The notes under the pieces were generated by a model that was given only the letters and a program-made list of their open reading frames with translations, was not told where the DNA came from and did not search any database. Below are positions 33,541-52,398 of a stretch of DNA of 64,000 bases, piece by piece. Each line of letters starts with the position of its first letter. Within the stretch, counting starts at the first letter, position 1. The position numbers were made by a program, and so were the translations under genes. This DNA is from the human T2T-CHM13v2.0 reference genome, Homo sapiens. The DNA lies in assembly GCF_009914755.1 (NCBI RefSeq), contig NC_060926.1. The stretch is one strand, 5' to 3'.

Positions 33541-33940
<400 letters not shown>

Positions 33941-34878
33941 CACAAAATATATTACCTTCTTGCATTCCTTGCTAGATTGTTATTTTGTCCCCTGAGATAT
34001 TTTGGGATGGTAGAAAATCACCAGGTCCATCCTGCATTTCTTCTAATTTATACTATTTTTGTGCCTTTTAAAATATCAACCCTTGGCTAGAAGTATATTT
34101 ATATGCCTTAATCTCTGTATTATCAATTATTAGATACTTGGGCTGAGCCCCTTGGACCATCTCATTTCCCTCCTTCCTGCAGTAGGATCCAACTATTTAC
34201 TACTGTCTGTAATTCAGTATTTTAGACACTTGTTTAGTAGTTGGTTGTCTCTTATCACTAGTTGATTGAAGGAACTGTCTATCTCCATGAATGTTTGAAG
34301 TATGCCCTGGCAGAGCTCTTTATGTTTTTGGAATGTGGAGCTGACTATAGCTTTCTCTCAGTAATAAATTCATCTAAGTAATGAAACATTCACTTACTAA
34401 ATAAAAGGAAAAAGAGATACACTCTTAATTTATGCTATGCGCAGTAGATAGAGTTGAACAAAAGTTTTAAATATTTCACTATCATCATGTATAATTCAGT
34501 TCGCATCTGTTCCATAACTTACTAAATCAATTCAGTGAGAGGGCTGAGATTTTGAAATGACCAAATGACAAATTTTCCCTGCAGTGATGGCATGGAAATC
34601 ACTTGGTCTTTGTTTACAAAGTTGGCGCATGTATATATTATTCTGCAGGACCTATTGATTTTTCCACTCTAAACCACTTAATGTTTAAAATTTCAAGTTC
34701 TTAGGATTTATTAGTAACATTGTGAGCATACTAAAAATTGAAGGCTGTGTAAACCAAAGAATTTAAACATGCTGCAGGTGATACTTAGATTCCCTTTGTC
34801 TCAGTTCTAACTCAAACATGAAGCATTTTTACTTTACCACAATCTATGATATTTTGACACATTTCTTTCTGAATCTTT

Positions 34879-35115
34879 TTTCAGGCTGGAGTGCAGTGGC
34901 GCTGTCTCGGCTCACTGCAAACGGCCTCCCAGGTTCAAGTGATTCTCCCACCTCAGCCTCGCGAGTAGCTGGGACTACAGGCATGCACCACCACATCCGG
35001 CTAATTTTTGTATTTTTAGTAGAGACGGGGTTTCACCACGTTGACCAGGATGGTCTCAATCTCCTGACCTCGTGATCCGCCCACCTCAGCTTCCCAAAGT
35101 GCTGGGATTACAGGC
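34879..35115 (-). mobile_element. Alu truncated at both ends, 15-bp TSD
   Basis: TSD tctttctgaatcttt at 34864-34878 and 35116-35130. Confidence 0.93.
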
Positions 35116-35219
35116 TCTTTCTGAATCTTTCATTTAAACCATTTCACTAAAAATGAAAATTATAGTTGAAATATTTAGAATCATAGAATCTTTGGATAAG
35201 AATAAAAAATATACAAGTT

Positions 35220-35460
35220 GTGGTAGAGACTTGAGGTGCTTATCTGTACTCAGTTATGCTTTCTGGGCATCTGGAACAGTACACTTCCCAGTCCCGTTGC
35301 ACTTAGGTGGTACCAGGTGACTCATTCTGGAGTGTGAGGAGAGACTGTCGTGGAGGCTGTATGTTAAGATGGCAGAGCCACTTACAGAAAGAAGCCAGGA
35401 ACCCCAAACTTAAAGCATCCTGAGTCTCTGAGTATGACATGGAAGGCAGATAATAAATAT
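35220..35460. mobile_element. Old MLT1 (MaLR) LTR fragment
   Basis: acacttcccagtcccgttgcacttaggtgg..gttaagatggcagagccac. Confidence 0.55.
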
Positions 35461-35639
35461 AAATATAAAAGTTGTTCTTAGTGCAAGGGACATACAGAAA
35501 CAGGCCACAGGCCCTAGTTTACTAACTTCTGTGCTTGTCACCTGAGTGGTAACAAATGTATGGTACAACCAAGACAAAAGTCTTTCTGTTAATCCAGTAA
35601 GTTTTAAGGGTTAATTATCACAGCATTACTTGACTTACT

Positions 35640-36260
<621 letters not shown>

Positions 36261-36499
36261 AAGCTTAAAATAAAAGTTGTATTAACTAGAATATAATAAA
36301 CTACATTTAACTTTAGAAAAATTAACTACACAAGCGGTAAGAAGATTTGACCCAGTTCTGAGAAAAAAACTGTCAGCTTAGTATAAAACAATAAAATGAC
36401 CGTTAAAGAATTAACTGAATTATAGGCTTGGCGTTTTGTTTATGGCAAATATTTCTCTCCTGTACTGTGAATGAGTCCAGCCATCTATTACATTAAAGG

Positions 36500-36630
36500 C
36501 CACCAAGTTTTAAAGGAAAAATTGACAAAGTTAGTCTAGAGGAATGGTCACCAGAATGTCTCAACAAAAGTCTAGATACCGTTAACACAGTGAATGGCTA
36601 AAGGAATTAGAGATACTTAAAGAGAAACAG
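36500..36630 (+). mobile_element. L3/CR1 LINE ORF2 fragment
   Basis: aaattgacaaag..ctagagg..ggtcaccagaatg..gaatggctaaaggaattagag (EWLKELE; cf. CR1 ERLKELG). Confidence 0.6.
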
Positions 36631-37466
36631 CCCATTGCACAATATCTCATAATCTCAGATAGTTACAATGAAATCTGTCTTTTATAAATTTTCTTTCTCT
36701 ATCTTCACAGCGGTGACTAATAGCTGTTCGTAGGAATGAGGCGTATGGGCATCCAGGCTTTACATTTGATCTTTCTAGCCAACATCTTTCAGTTATGTGT
36801 TTGACCATCATCCCCAAAGCTTCTATAGGATATTTGGTCAAGAACTTTTCTGAAATCATACAGCATATAGTCTGTAGTATATTAACAACATACTAATTCT
36901 ATCAAAAAAGAATTTAAAGTTGAGTATTAGATGATATGACTTATTCTGTCAATGCCAATTCTTAATTATTTGGTCGCTTATTATTTTTTTCTAGTTGCAT
37001 TTCTTCTAGTAATCTAGATTATAATTTTGGTAGGATTTGGCATCAGATATACTAAGCCATAAGTCTTAAACTTACACCATTTGTTGCAAATTGAGAGTTC
37101 ACTTACCAATATCTAGACTTGAAAAATCTTATCTCCTTAATTGAATAAAACTTTCCTTCTCAAATTTATTTACACCTTCAGGTTCATGAAGACCTGCACA
37201 GTTGAACTTATTTTAAGTGGCCAGGTGCTTTCATCTTTACATTCCTACTTTAGTCCCATACTTTATCAGGTATCTTTTTAAAGCCAACTATGCTAAGTCA
37301 ACTAACCTTATCTGGTTGGGATAAATTCATCTTTAGCAAAGGAAAACGTCCTGTTTCAACCTCAGTAAATGTTAACTGTTCCTTTTATTTCATTTCTTAT
37401 GAAAATAAATGGACCATTTTATCCTTTTACTTTGTGCCTTTACTGTTTGCTGTCAGGTTGATAACT

Positions 37467-37560
37467 AGGGCGACCACATTACCTGTTGCCCAGCAAAAAT
37501 AATAGTATCCCCTTTCATTATGAAAAGTATTCCAGTTTGGATAAGTTATTTGGTCATCCT
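37467..37560. mobile_element. MER94/MER81-like hAT-Blackjack MITE
   Basis: TIR-like ends tagggcgacca / tggtcatcct; cccctttca..aaaagt..ccagtttgga. Confidence 0.55.
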
Positions 37561-37710
37561 CACTGTTGTTTACCATTTTTGGCAATGATTGGCAGAAATG
37601 TCTTATGTGAGTGTTTCGTTTCATTTGGCTGATAACCTAATTTTTTCATTTACCCCTTGCAACTAACAAGTAGTCTATGAGATCATACTCAGGCACTCTG
37701 AAATCCTTAG

Positions 37711-37797
37711 CATGGGGAATAAATGCGTGCATGTGTGTCACTCTTGTGCTGGGGCCATATAATATAATTTTTGCTTATGCACTGCCAAAGCAAACTT
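37711..37797 (-). pseudogene. Highly degenerate U6 snRNA retrocopy
   Basis: tgtgtgtcactcttgtgctggggccat and aatttttgcttatgcactgccaaagcaaac align by eye to reverse-complement U6 (tgcgtgtcatccttgcgcaggggccat; aattttagtatatgtgctgccgaagcgagc) with an internal deletion. Confidence 0.6.
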
Positions 37798-38292
37798 AAG
37801 AATTGCCTTTTAATTTAAAGCAAGAAAAATCTTCTTTTTTCTAAAAACTTTGGTGCATTTCCTGATTTGCTGAGAATGAGAACTGTGTACATATCTTGTT
37901 CCATTTTGCTCTTGCTGCCACGACTCCTAGGTCCAGATTTGATCCACTGTCAATTCTGCATCAGCGTTTTTGGTTAGCATATGTCTTCCTTTCGGTAAGG
38001 GTGATTTATTTGATTTTATTGTATACTTTTTGGCTCTTTAGTAGCCATTTAAAATTTTTGGCAAGGTATTTGGTATAAAATCATAACAACTATCTTTGTA
38101 GGACTCCATAATGATAGCCATTACTATTTAAATAAGTTGGGACCAGGGTGCGGTAAATACCCAAAGCCCAGTGGAATACGTTTATAATCCTGTTATGGGA
38201 GGAAAAGACCAACCACTAAAAATAAGCTAGCTATACAACACCAGCCTTAATTTTTTTGTGGTTACAGTTTAGCTCTTATGTATTATTCTATA

Positions 38293-38701
38293 TGTGTTAG
38301 TCCATTTTTGCATTGCTATAAAGGAATACCTGAGCATGGGTAACTTATAAAGAAAAGTGGTTTGTTTAGGCTCAGTGTTCTGCAGGCTGTACAGGAAGCG
38401 TGGTGCCAGCATCTGCTCCTGGCGAGGGCTTCAAGGAGCTTACAATCATAGGGAGGGTAAAGGGAAAGCAGGCACATCACATGGTGAGAGCAGGAGCAAG
38501 AGAGAGTGGGGAGGCGCCGCATGAATCACATCCTCTATGATCTCAGAGCAAAAACTCATTCATCATCACAAGGACAGCACCAAGCCATTCATGAGGGATC
38601 TGCCCCCATGACCCAAACACCACCCACCAGGTCTCACCTCCAACATTGGGGATTACATTCCAACATGAAATTTGAATGAGACAAACATCCAAACTATATT
38701 A
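38293..38701 (-). mobile_element. MST (MSTB/MSTA-like) MaLR solo LTR
   Basis: tgtgttagtccatttttgcattgctataaaggaatacctgag..ccattcatgagggatctgcccccatgacccaaacacc..acaaacatccaaactata. Confidence 0.9.
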
Positions 38702-38792
38702 CTGTATATTTTGTACCTCTACCTAGACAGTAAGTTATATGCAGCTTCTTTCTTACCATGTGTAATATTGTACTTAGAAATGAGATAAATGA

Positions 38793-39143
<351 letters not shown>

Positions 39144-39846
39144 TAAATGTTGCAGAAAAATTTCTATAGTGCAGAGTAGAGTGAGATTGGTCTCAAAGTG
39201 TCACATTTCCCATATGTGTAGGTCCTAGCACATAGATTTTCTTTATATTTTTATAAATAAATATGTAATACACATTCATAGAGGACAAAATACAGATAAG
39301 CAAAAATATGAAAACTAGCCACCAATAAATTACTATTTACTGTTAATATTTGGTGTATAACCTTCCAAACTTTTAAAAGTATATTTTCTACATTGCCTGG
39401 CAAGTAGTTATCACAAAATGGATAAAGTATTCCTTTTTCTTATTTTAACTAAAAATCAGATCATACTGTACATACCATTTTATGGTCTGCTTTTTTGTTT
39501 CACCTAAAATGTCATCATCCTCTTCTGCTGCCAGTAAGTACATTTCTGATTTTATTGAATGTACTGTATTTCCATTTAACACAGCCAGTTCTAGTGTGTA
39601 CAGTTTTTCAGTCTTTTAAAACAACACTTTGATGTATGCTGTAATTTTTTCTTTAGGATAAACTTTCTGTAAGTGGTCTTCCTGGTCTTCCTGGATCAAA
39701 GATATATTCAGTATAAGGCTTTCATACTGGTAAACTGACCTCCAAAGAGTTTGGACCATTTTTCACAACAGTTTATGAGAGTGTACATTTGCTGAGCCCT
39801 CCTTGCACTTGGCAAAATTCTCTTCTGTCCTTGCCAATGAAAAAAA

Positions 39847-39847
<1 letters not shown>

Positions 39848-39891
<44 letters not shown>

Positions 39892-40020
39892 TTTAAATTT
39901 AAGAGACAAGATCTCATTATGTTGCCTGGACTGGACTTAAACTTCTGGGCTCAAGGAATCCTTCTGCCTTAGCCTCCTAAGTAACTGGGATGATAGGCAC
40001 GTGCCATTGCATCTAGTTCA
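39848..40020 (-). mobile_element. FLAM/Alu monomer with (ATT)n tail
   Basis: (ATT)n run then gagacaagatctcattatgttgcctgg. Confidence 0.85.
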
Positions 40021-40312
40021 AAAATGCTGTTTTAAAAATTGCTTTTCTTTAATCAAAAATCGCTTTTCTTTAATCAAAAATCTTTCGTTTCTTTGCGTTG
40101 GACTACCTCTTCATTTCTTTGGCTGTTTCAGGTATGTTCATCTTTTTCTTCTTTACTTGCAAAATTAAAAATATAACTTGATAGTAATTATTAAATCTTA
40201 ATTAGTAGAAATTACTGCTCAGAGCCAGACTTGATTTTCTTTTTTTTTTCTTGTTTTTTGCAGTTTCAACAGTAAGAGACTAAATCACTGCCTTGTACAA
40301 TAAAAAGCTCTA

Positions 40313-40615
40313 TGTTGGGGTGATCAGACCCAACACCAGGTCATGGGGGCGATGAGTCCGGTGGAGTCAAAGGAATGAGAAAAAGACAGTTTGAGAGAGA
40401 AAGTGGGACCGGGGAGCCTACGCTATTTATTGGTGATCAAACAAAGAAACAGGTGGTGAGGATGTGGGGATTGAAAGAAACTGGTGTATCAAGTGAATGA
40501 GAAACCTATGGCTACTTGAGATAATGGGAGTGCTAGAAGCAAGGAGCTAGCAAGTCTAGCCGACATGCAAGCCCTGCCTCAGCTTCTCTCCCAACACTCA
40601 GCTTTTCTCCCAACA
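40313..40615 (-). mobile_element. ERVK-class solo LTR (LTR14A-like), internally shortened
   Basis: Termini tgttggg...cccaaca; minus strand begins tgttgggagaaaagctgagtgttgggagagaagctgaggcagggcttgcatg; AATAAA on minus strand; subfamily name from memory. Confidence 0.7.
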
Positions 40616-41287
40616 GATATATTTGAAACTTAACTTCAGATATACATATAGTAAAATTGAAAACTTATTAAAATAACTTATGATTCATATATTATGTTTG
40701 CATCTTATTTTATCTGATTGTCTACCCTGAACAACTTCTACCTGCCCTGAGCTAGACACACCCTTTTGAAGCAGATAGAAGGCTAGGGGTTTTGAGGGGG
40801 GAAGCAAGGGAGTTTTTTGCTTTAAAAAAACTTGGCAATTGTTTTGTAATACTAATCTAGAATATATGTAAAACTCTTTGTACTATCTTACATAGCGTCT
40901 TTATGTGAAAAGGGATAAGTTAGGGAGTAAGAGTGATACTGCCCAGAGATCTCACAAGGCATCGTTTACATTATTGAAATACAGTGCTTGTGGCCTCAAC
41001 TTTGAGAACTCGGAAATTTTGTTTTTGTAGATTCACATAAAATAAGCTCAGGTTATATATGCTAATGATGTTTGCAGAGATTGAATAAATCTGAATGCCA
41101 GATTATTAATTTACTGTGAAAGTTGAGTAGTGCTTCTGTCAGCATTACCAGTATATTTTCTTCTTCAGGTTAATCTGCATGAAAATCCAAACTATTAATT
41201 AGAAGGCTGTTTGGTGAGCAAGAGGTTCAGATTAAGGTTTGTTAGTCGTTTGGATGGTTCTAGGGAAGGAAATGATCAAAACTGTAA

Positions 41288-41518
41288 GCCCAGCGCGGTG
41301 GCTCACGCCTGTAATCATGGTGAAACCCCGTCTCTACAAAAATACGAAAATTAGCCAGCATGATGGCGGGTACCTGTAATCCCAGCTACTTGGCAGGCTG
41401 GGGCAGAAGAATCACTTGAACTTGGGAGGCAGAGGTTGCACTGAGCCGAGTACTGCCATTGCACTTCAGCCTGGGCAACACAGCGGGACTCCGTCTCAGA
41501 AAAAAAAAAAAAAAAAAG
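41288..41518 (+). mobile_element. Alu with left-arm internal deletion
   Basis: cctgtaatc joined directly to atggtgaaacccc. Confidence 0.92.
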
Positions 41519-42259
41519 TAGACCCCAGCGAGATGCTTTCTACCTTGCTGTTATTGGCACTACTGGCTCTACCACACGTCTTTGTGGTCAAGTTCTCAGT
41601 GTTTTCAAGTGTGAAAGAATTTGTTTTTAATTTAAAAAGTGTCTGTAATAGTGCTTGGGATACAGATGAGTGTATGAATTTTTTGCAGTAACTGAGCAGT
41701 ATCCTACCAATCTGCAGCCCGTAGACAGGTAGTCCCTGCTATCTCCTAACAATCCTGCTTCTCTTTATACATTTGGTCCAGTTAGAGCCCAATATAATTA
41801 ATTGGTACTTATTCCTTGGAATTATACACCCAGGTACTTTGGGTGCTGTTAATTTCTTGAGTCATATATAGACAGTAACTTCATTTTTCCCAAAGATGAA
41901 TGAGTACATTGTGTATATGCATACACGTACACTCAATAAGCTTTACTTTTCACTCCCAAAGTGTGACCTTTTACCAGTGTGGGGAAGGGGTCTAGGGGCT
42001 TACTGCTTGACCAATGTTCTGGTGAGAATGGTAAAGCTGAGTATTTCACCTGTTCGCCTCTAGAGCTTAGTATCCTAGAGTATATCAAGTTGCATCTATT
42101 TTATCTTCCCTTTAAAAAAGTAAAGTAAAATTTTAAAATCTTTAATTAAATATTTAAACTATGGGTTTTCTTTATTGAAAGGGTAAACCATGCCCAAGTC
42201 ATTTACTGTTCTCATTTCAGGATTTTCCTGTAGGTATTTTTTCTATTTTTACCTTTGTT

Positions 42260-43192
<933 letters not shown>

Positions 43193-43730
43193 TAACCTTT
43201 GAAATAGAGTTAGTATTCATACAAGTTTAACAATACTTTTTTAAAAGAAACAGTTTTTCATTTAAAAAACACTTCTATTCATAGGGCGTATTGGTGACCT
43301 CTCGGAAGAAAGGGATAAGGAGTCGTCACTTGGCCGGTAAGGGAAATAGACTCAAGTGGATGAGGTCCAACGATTCAGTCTTGAGATTTCACTGCCCTAA
43401 AAGTCAAATAATGTGTAAGAGGACAGCGAAGGGAAGACTTCCTCCTCCCCCACCCCCACCTCAGGAAATCCTGATCTTAATTCTCACTCTGTATACCCAG
43501 TCACTCAAACCAGAAACTTGGGCATCATATCTCCTCTGTCTCCTCCAGTCCAGTCACTTACTAAGTCCTGCAGTTTTTACTGTGGCCTATTTAAGTTTCA
43601 GTGGTTTAATATTCTGGAATACATAGGCTAGATTTGCCCTACTCTGTAGGAATAAATCAGAGTAGATGGTGATGTTTGTCAGTTAAAACTATTAAGAATG
43701 TAGAAGATTTTTTTTAATTTCGCAATTACT

Positions 43731-44552
<822 letters not shown>

Positions 44553-45679
44553 AGTAAGCTCTTTTTAAGTGTTAACTCTTGATCCATTTGTTGTTTTCAT
44601 TCAAGAATTAGAAAAATCGATTTCCTCAGCTGATGATTTTGAATTAACTATTGATTGTAAACATCTCTTTTATTTACTAGGATATTTGAGATGAGGAATT
44701 TTAAACAACTAAATTATTCTTATTTTCTGCCACTTAAGCTTGTGTTCCACCAACTGCATCTAGAATAATTCTCTGACCTTTCATTTGCTACACAAGTTCA
44801 GTTATCTCAGTATTAAATGTCATGTAGGGTAGTAAAGTATCTTCCATGTGTAATGATGTGTCTGTATGCTGTAGGAATACATAAGCAAATATTGCCTTCT
44901 ACTTTGTGGCCCATGTACTTGCAAACAAAAAATCTTTCATTTGATTTCTGTTAGTGATTAGATGACTGTGTTACAGTTACCTTCAGCCTCTCAAGAATCT
45001 ATTTTGTATAACTTAATTAGCAGCTGAAAAGAGGAGAGAAAACTTGTTTATATACTCAAAGGGAAAGAAGAACTTTTTTGGAAAAACAAATTATGGATTG
45101 CATTGTGCATCCCACACCTAATGCTAGAATCAGTTCCCCTTTACAACTGTCTGAGGACCTAGGATAAAAATTAGTTCTCCCAAAGTTGTAGAAATGAGCA
45201 CAAGAAGATAGAAATTAAGTAATTCACAGACTTCGTTGTAGAGATTATGTGTAATAAAGCTTCTTGCCAGTATTGACAAAGTCCTTGTTGCTCTTACATG
45301 CCATCAAATGTACAATTTTATTGTTCCAGGTCCTTTGCTCTTTTATTTAGCTTTGTTGTCTTAATTTTAAAACTATTTTCGTTTTTAAAAAATCATCTAG
45401 CCTGAAGTGTCACAAAAGTATTTTCAACGTGTGTGTTGTAGCCTAATGGTGGGAAGACTCATTTAGGCAATGACTTGATCAAAAATTGCATTTTGACCCC
45501 TCAGAAAAGTCAATATACTTATTAGCATTTTTTATTTACTTTTCTTGAGGCCAAAAATAACTATACATTGTTTTTTAAAACATGCCTATACTGCCAGAAA
45601 TTCCTGGAGTTGCGACATATTTTTTTAGTTAATGAGGAATATAAAATGTTTGTTGAAAAATGTTTTTCAAGTATGTCAG

Positions 45680-47705
<2,026 letters not shown>

Positions 47706-49567
47706 AAGAAAATTTTCAAGGAGGACTTCCAAATAGCTAAAGACAGTAGTGGTCATCGATCTACTGCCTCCCAATTTTCCTTCAAATAAATATAGAATAA
47801 GAAGGACAAAAATCTATACAGAATTTGAAGACATAGCATAACTTGAAGAGAATTTAAGACTTCAGTATAACTGTAACTAAAAAGAGAGCACTCACCAGAT
47901 CCTGGCATGTGATCTCTTCATACTCCCATTCAGCTCCTGCCTGCCGCAAGACTTTGTGGCAAGCACAGGCAAAGAAAAATGAACACAAAATGGAGAGGGA
48001 ATCTTAACGTTATCTAAATGTTCAGCCAGAAGAAGTCCATCCTAAGTCTGAAAATTCTTTTTTTTTTTTTTAAGGTTTCCAAATAGAATAAGAGTAGGGA
48101 TTATAAGGGAGGGACTTAAAAATACATACAATCTGAAGAGGCAGTCTTCAAAGTGCGTAGCTTATAGGGGAGAAAAAGAAGGTACATAAGAAGAGGAGAA
48201 GCACCCTTTGGCAGTTGAGTGGTGAAAAGGTAATAAAGCAAAGGAGGAAATTCAGAATGCAGCAAAACAAAGAGAACCACAAAGTTACAGGATTCATAGC
48301 CAACTGTTCCCCCCACAACAAAACAAATAATTGGCAGGACTTTGCTATACTAACAGAAGAGGGCACTGTTAAAATAGGAATCTTGTAAAACATCCCAGTA
48401 ATATGGTGCTTTAATAAAAAAATTTATAGCAGTAAACACATTTATCTGAAAAAATGAACATAAATGAATTAAATTTCCAGCTCAAAACAAAATTTAGGAA
48501 AACAAAGTAAACCTAAAGAGCATACCCAGAAGGAAATAATAAGGATAAAAGCAGAAATTAATGAGGTAGGGAATAGAAAAACAAGACCTAACAAATCTGT
48601 ATTCTGAAAATTTAAAATTATAAAATAGACAAACGGTTAGCTAACTTAATCATGTAAAGGAAAGGAGTAAAACATAGATATGCAAAATAAGATAAAGCGG
48701 TAAATAACCACTAAAAATAATTTTTAAAAAATTTTAAAATCACAAGAGACTACTTAGCAGACCTCACTGCAGTTATTTGAAAACCTAGATGAAATGAGTA
48801 ATTTTCTAGGGAAATGCATATTACCAACATGGAGTTAGAGAAGTTGAAGAGACTAATTTCCATAAAAGAAATAATTCTTCTAAACTATCCCACCAAAAGG
48901 CATTAGACCTGAATGGTTTCACAGAGCAATTCTATCAGACCTTCAAAGACCAGATAGTTCCACTGCTGCATAAATTGTTCCAGAGCATTGGAATGTTGGA
49001 AAGCTTCTGAATTTCTGTGAAACAAATATAGTATTGATACTTAAACCTGGTAAGAACAGTATTGAAAAAAGAAAGCTATAAATCAGCATCCCATAAGAAT
49101 ATTGATGCAGAAGTGCTAAATTAAATATTATCATTGTGAAGTGATATACCATGACCATGTGAGATTTATTTCAGGGATGCAGGGCTGGCTTAATGTTAGG
49201 ATACTCATTAACATACTCCCTATTGATAGATTTGTGAGGAAAACTCAGTGTCTCCATAGGTGCTGAAGGAGCCTTCAACAAGACCACCCATTTTGTGATA
49301 TTTCTCTCCCGCTCTCTCAAATAGGGATTGTGGGATACATTTTTGAAATGATAAAATTTATATATCTTAGTCCTAAAGCCAGGAATCTTATATATAATGG
49401 GAAATACTAGAAGTATTTCCACAGTATACAGAAACAAGGCAAATGTGCACTATCTTCACTGCTGTTCAACATTATAATGGAGGTATTAACCAATATAGTT
49501 AGATACATCGATTTAAGGCATAAGAATGGGTAAAGAAGAAAGACTATCTCTGCAGATTATATGATAA

Positions 49568-50044
<477 letters not shown>

Positions 50045-50641
50045 TAATATGGCTGGAAAACTACAGGGGATCACTGGTAAAATTAATCCAAATGATAATA
50101 GAATTCAATAAAATAGCAGGATATAAAATTAACTTAAAAAATCAATAGACTCATATACAGACAGTAGCCAGTTAGCAGTCAGTCACAATGGTAGAGAAAA
50201 CTCCACTTACAATAGCAACAAAGATTAAATACTTATTAAACATAAAAATGTACAAAACCTACAGGAAGAAACTTTTTCAATACTTAAGTCATAAAATTAG
50301 ATTTGAATAGGATGGCTCATCATTATAAAGATGTCAGTTCTCCTTAATTTCTGAAATTAATGCATTCACAGTAAAAACACCAAGAAGCCTTTTTTACTTT
50401 TTAAGTTAGACAAGTTGATACTAAGTCTTATGGGAAAACAAACATACAAGAATAGCCAGGAAGAAACTGGAAAAGAAAAACTGCTGGTGGGACTAGCTCT
50501 ACCAGACATTAAAACATATACTATAAAGCTTCTATAATTGAATCTGTGTGCTACTGTCACATGAATAAATAAATAGAGAAGTGGAATAGAAAGCCCAGAA
50601 ACAGACACAGGTACAAGTGGAAATAATAAAAATGGTATCTT

Positions 50642-50915
50642 GGGCTGGGCTCAGTGGCTCACATCTGTAATCCTAGCACAATGGGAGGGCAAGGCAGGGG
50701 AATGACTTGAGCCCAGCAGTTTGAGACCACCCTGGATAACATGGCGAAACCCTGACTAAAAAATTAGCAGGCATGGTGGCTTCTCAGGAGGCTGAGAGAT
50801 GGGACAATTGCTTGAACCCGGGACATCCAAGACAGCAGTGTGCCATGATAGTGCCACTGCACTCCAGCCTGGGTGAAGGAGTGAGACCCTGTCGCAAAAA
50901 AAAAATAAAAAAAAG
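50642..50915 (+). mobile_element. Alu (AluJ-type)
   Basis: Diverged Alu with A-tail. Confidence 0.9.
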
Positions 50916-51079
50916 TGTTAAATCACTGAGGTAGAAATTGGCTTTTTAATAAATGGTACCGATATATCTGAATGTCCCAGATAATAAATGATACCACTGA
51001 ATAAATAGTACTGAGATATTTAGAAAGAGATAAAATTAGATACACATCTTGTACCATGTATAAGAATAAATACAACATG

Positions 51080-51575
51080 TACACAGGTTTTCATAGCATT
51101 ATTCATAACAGCCAAAAAATTCAAACTTATATGTCCATTGACTGATAATTGGATAAGCAGAGTGTGGTATGTCCATACAATGAAACATATTTCAGCAATA
51201 AAAAGAAAAGCAGTGATACATGCTACAATGTGGGTGAAACTTGAAAACATTATACTAAGTGAAATAAAGCAGTCACAAAAGGCCACAGGTTGTATGATTT
51301 CATTTATATGAAATTTCAATGATAGGCAAGTCAATAAAGTGTGAAAGTAGATTAGTGGTTGCCGGGGGCTAAGGGAGTTTGGTCTAAAGAGGGGTGACTG
51401 ATGAAAGGTACAGTAGTTTCTTGTTGGAATAATGAAAATGTTCTAAAATTTATTGTGATGGCTACACAACTGTATGAATATACTAAAAGCCACTGAACAA
51501 GACACTGAATGAATTTAAATGGATGAATGTATGCTATATAAATTATATCCAATAATTAGCTGTTACAAAAGAAAA
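51080..51575 (+). mobile_element. L1MB 3' end nested in the L1MC copy
   Basis: catagcattattcataacagccaaaa..ctaagtgaaataaagcagtcacaaaaggccaca..aaatgttctaaaatt. Confidence 0.8.
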
Positions 51576-52095
51576 AAAAAAAACCTCCAAACAGGTTAAG
51601 AATCTAAATGTTTAAAGAGAGAGAAAAAAAGACCATATAAGAAAACCCATGTTTTCTTATTTAACCTTTGTGTATGAAAAAGGCTTTTGGGCTATGACTC
51701 AAAATGCAGAGACAACCAAAGATTGACAAATACGTCTATATAAAAATAAGAAAATTTTACATGGCAAAAACCGACATGAAAAAAAGTCAAAAACACAAGC
51801 TGACAAACTGGAAGAAAATTTTTTCAACATATACCTTAGCCAAAAGGCCTATAGCACTAATGTATACTACACTTGATTTTAGCCAAAAGGCTAAGAAGCC
51901 ATATCCCTAATATATAAAGAACTCTTAATAATTAAATGACCAAAAAAAAAAAAAAAAAAAAAAAAAAGCCTTGAGCACCAAAGGACCAAAGACCTGATAG
52001 AAAAAATGGGGAAAAGACATAAATGGACAACTCACAAACAATGAAAATTGGGCCTTAAGCACATAAAAAGTTTTAAGTTCATACAGAGAAATAAG

Positions 52096-52398
<303 letters not shown>

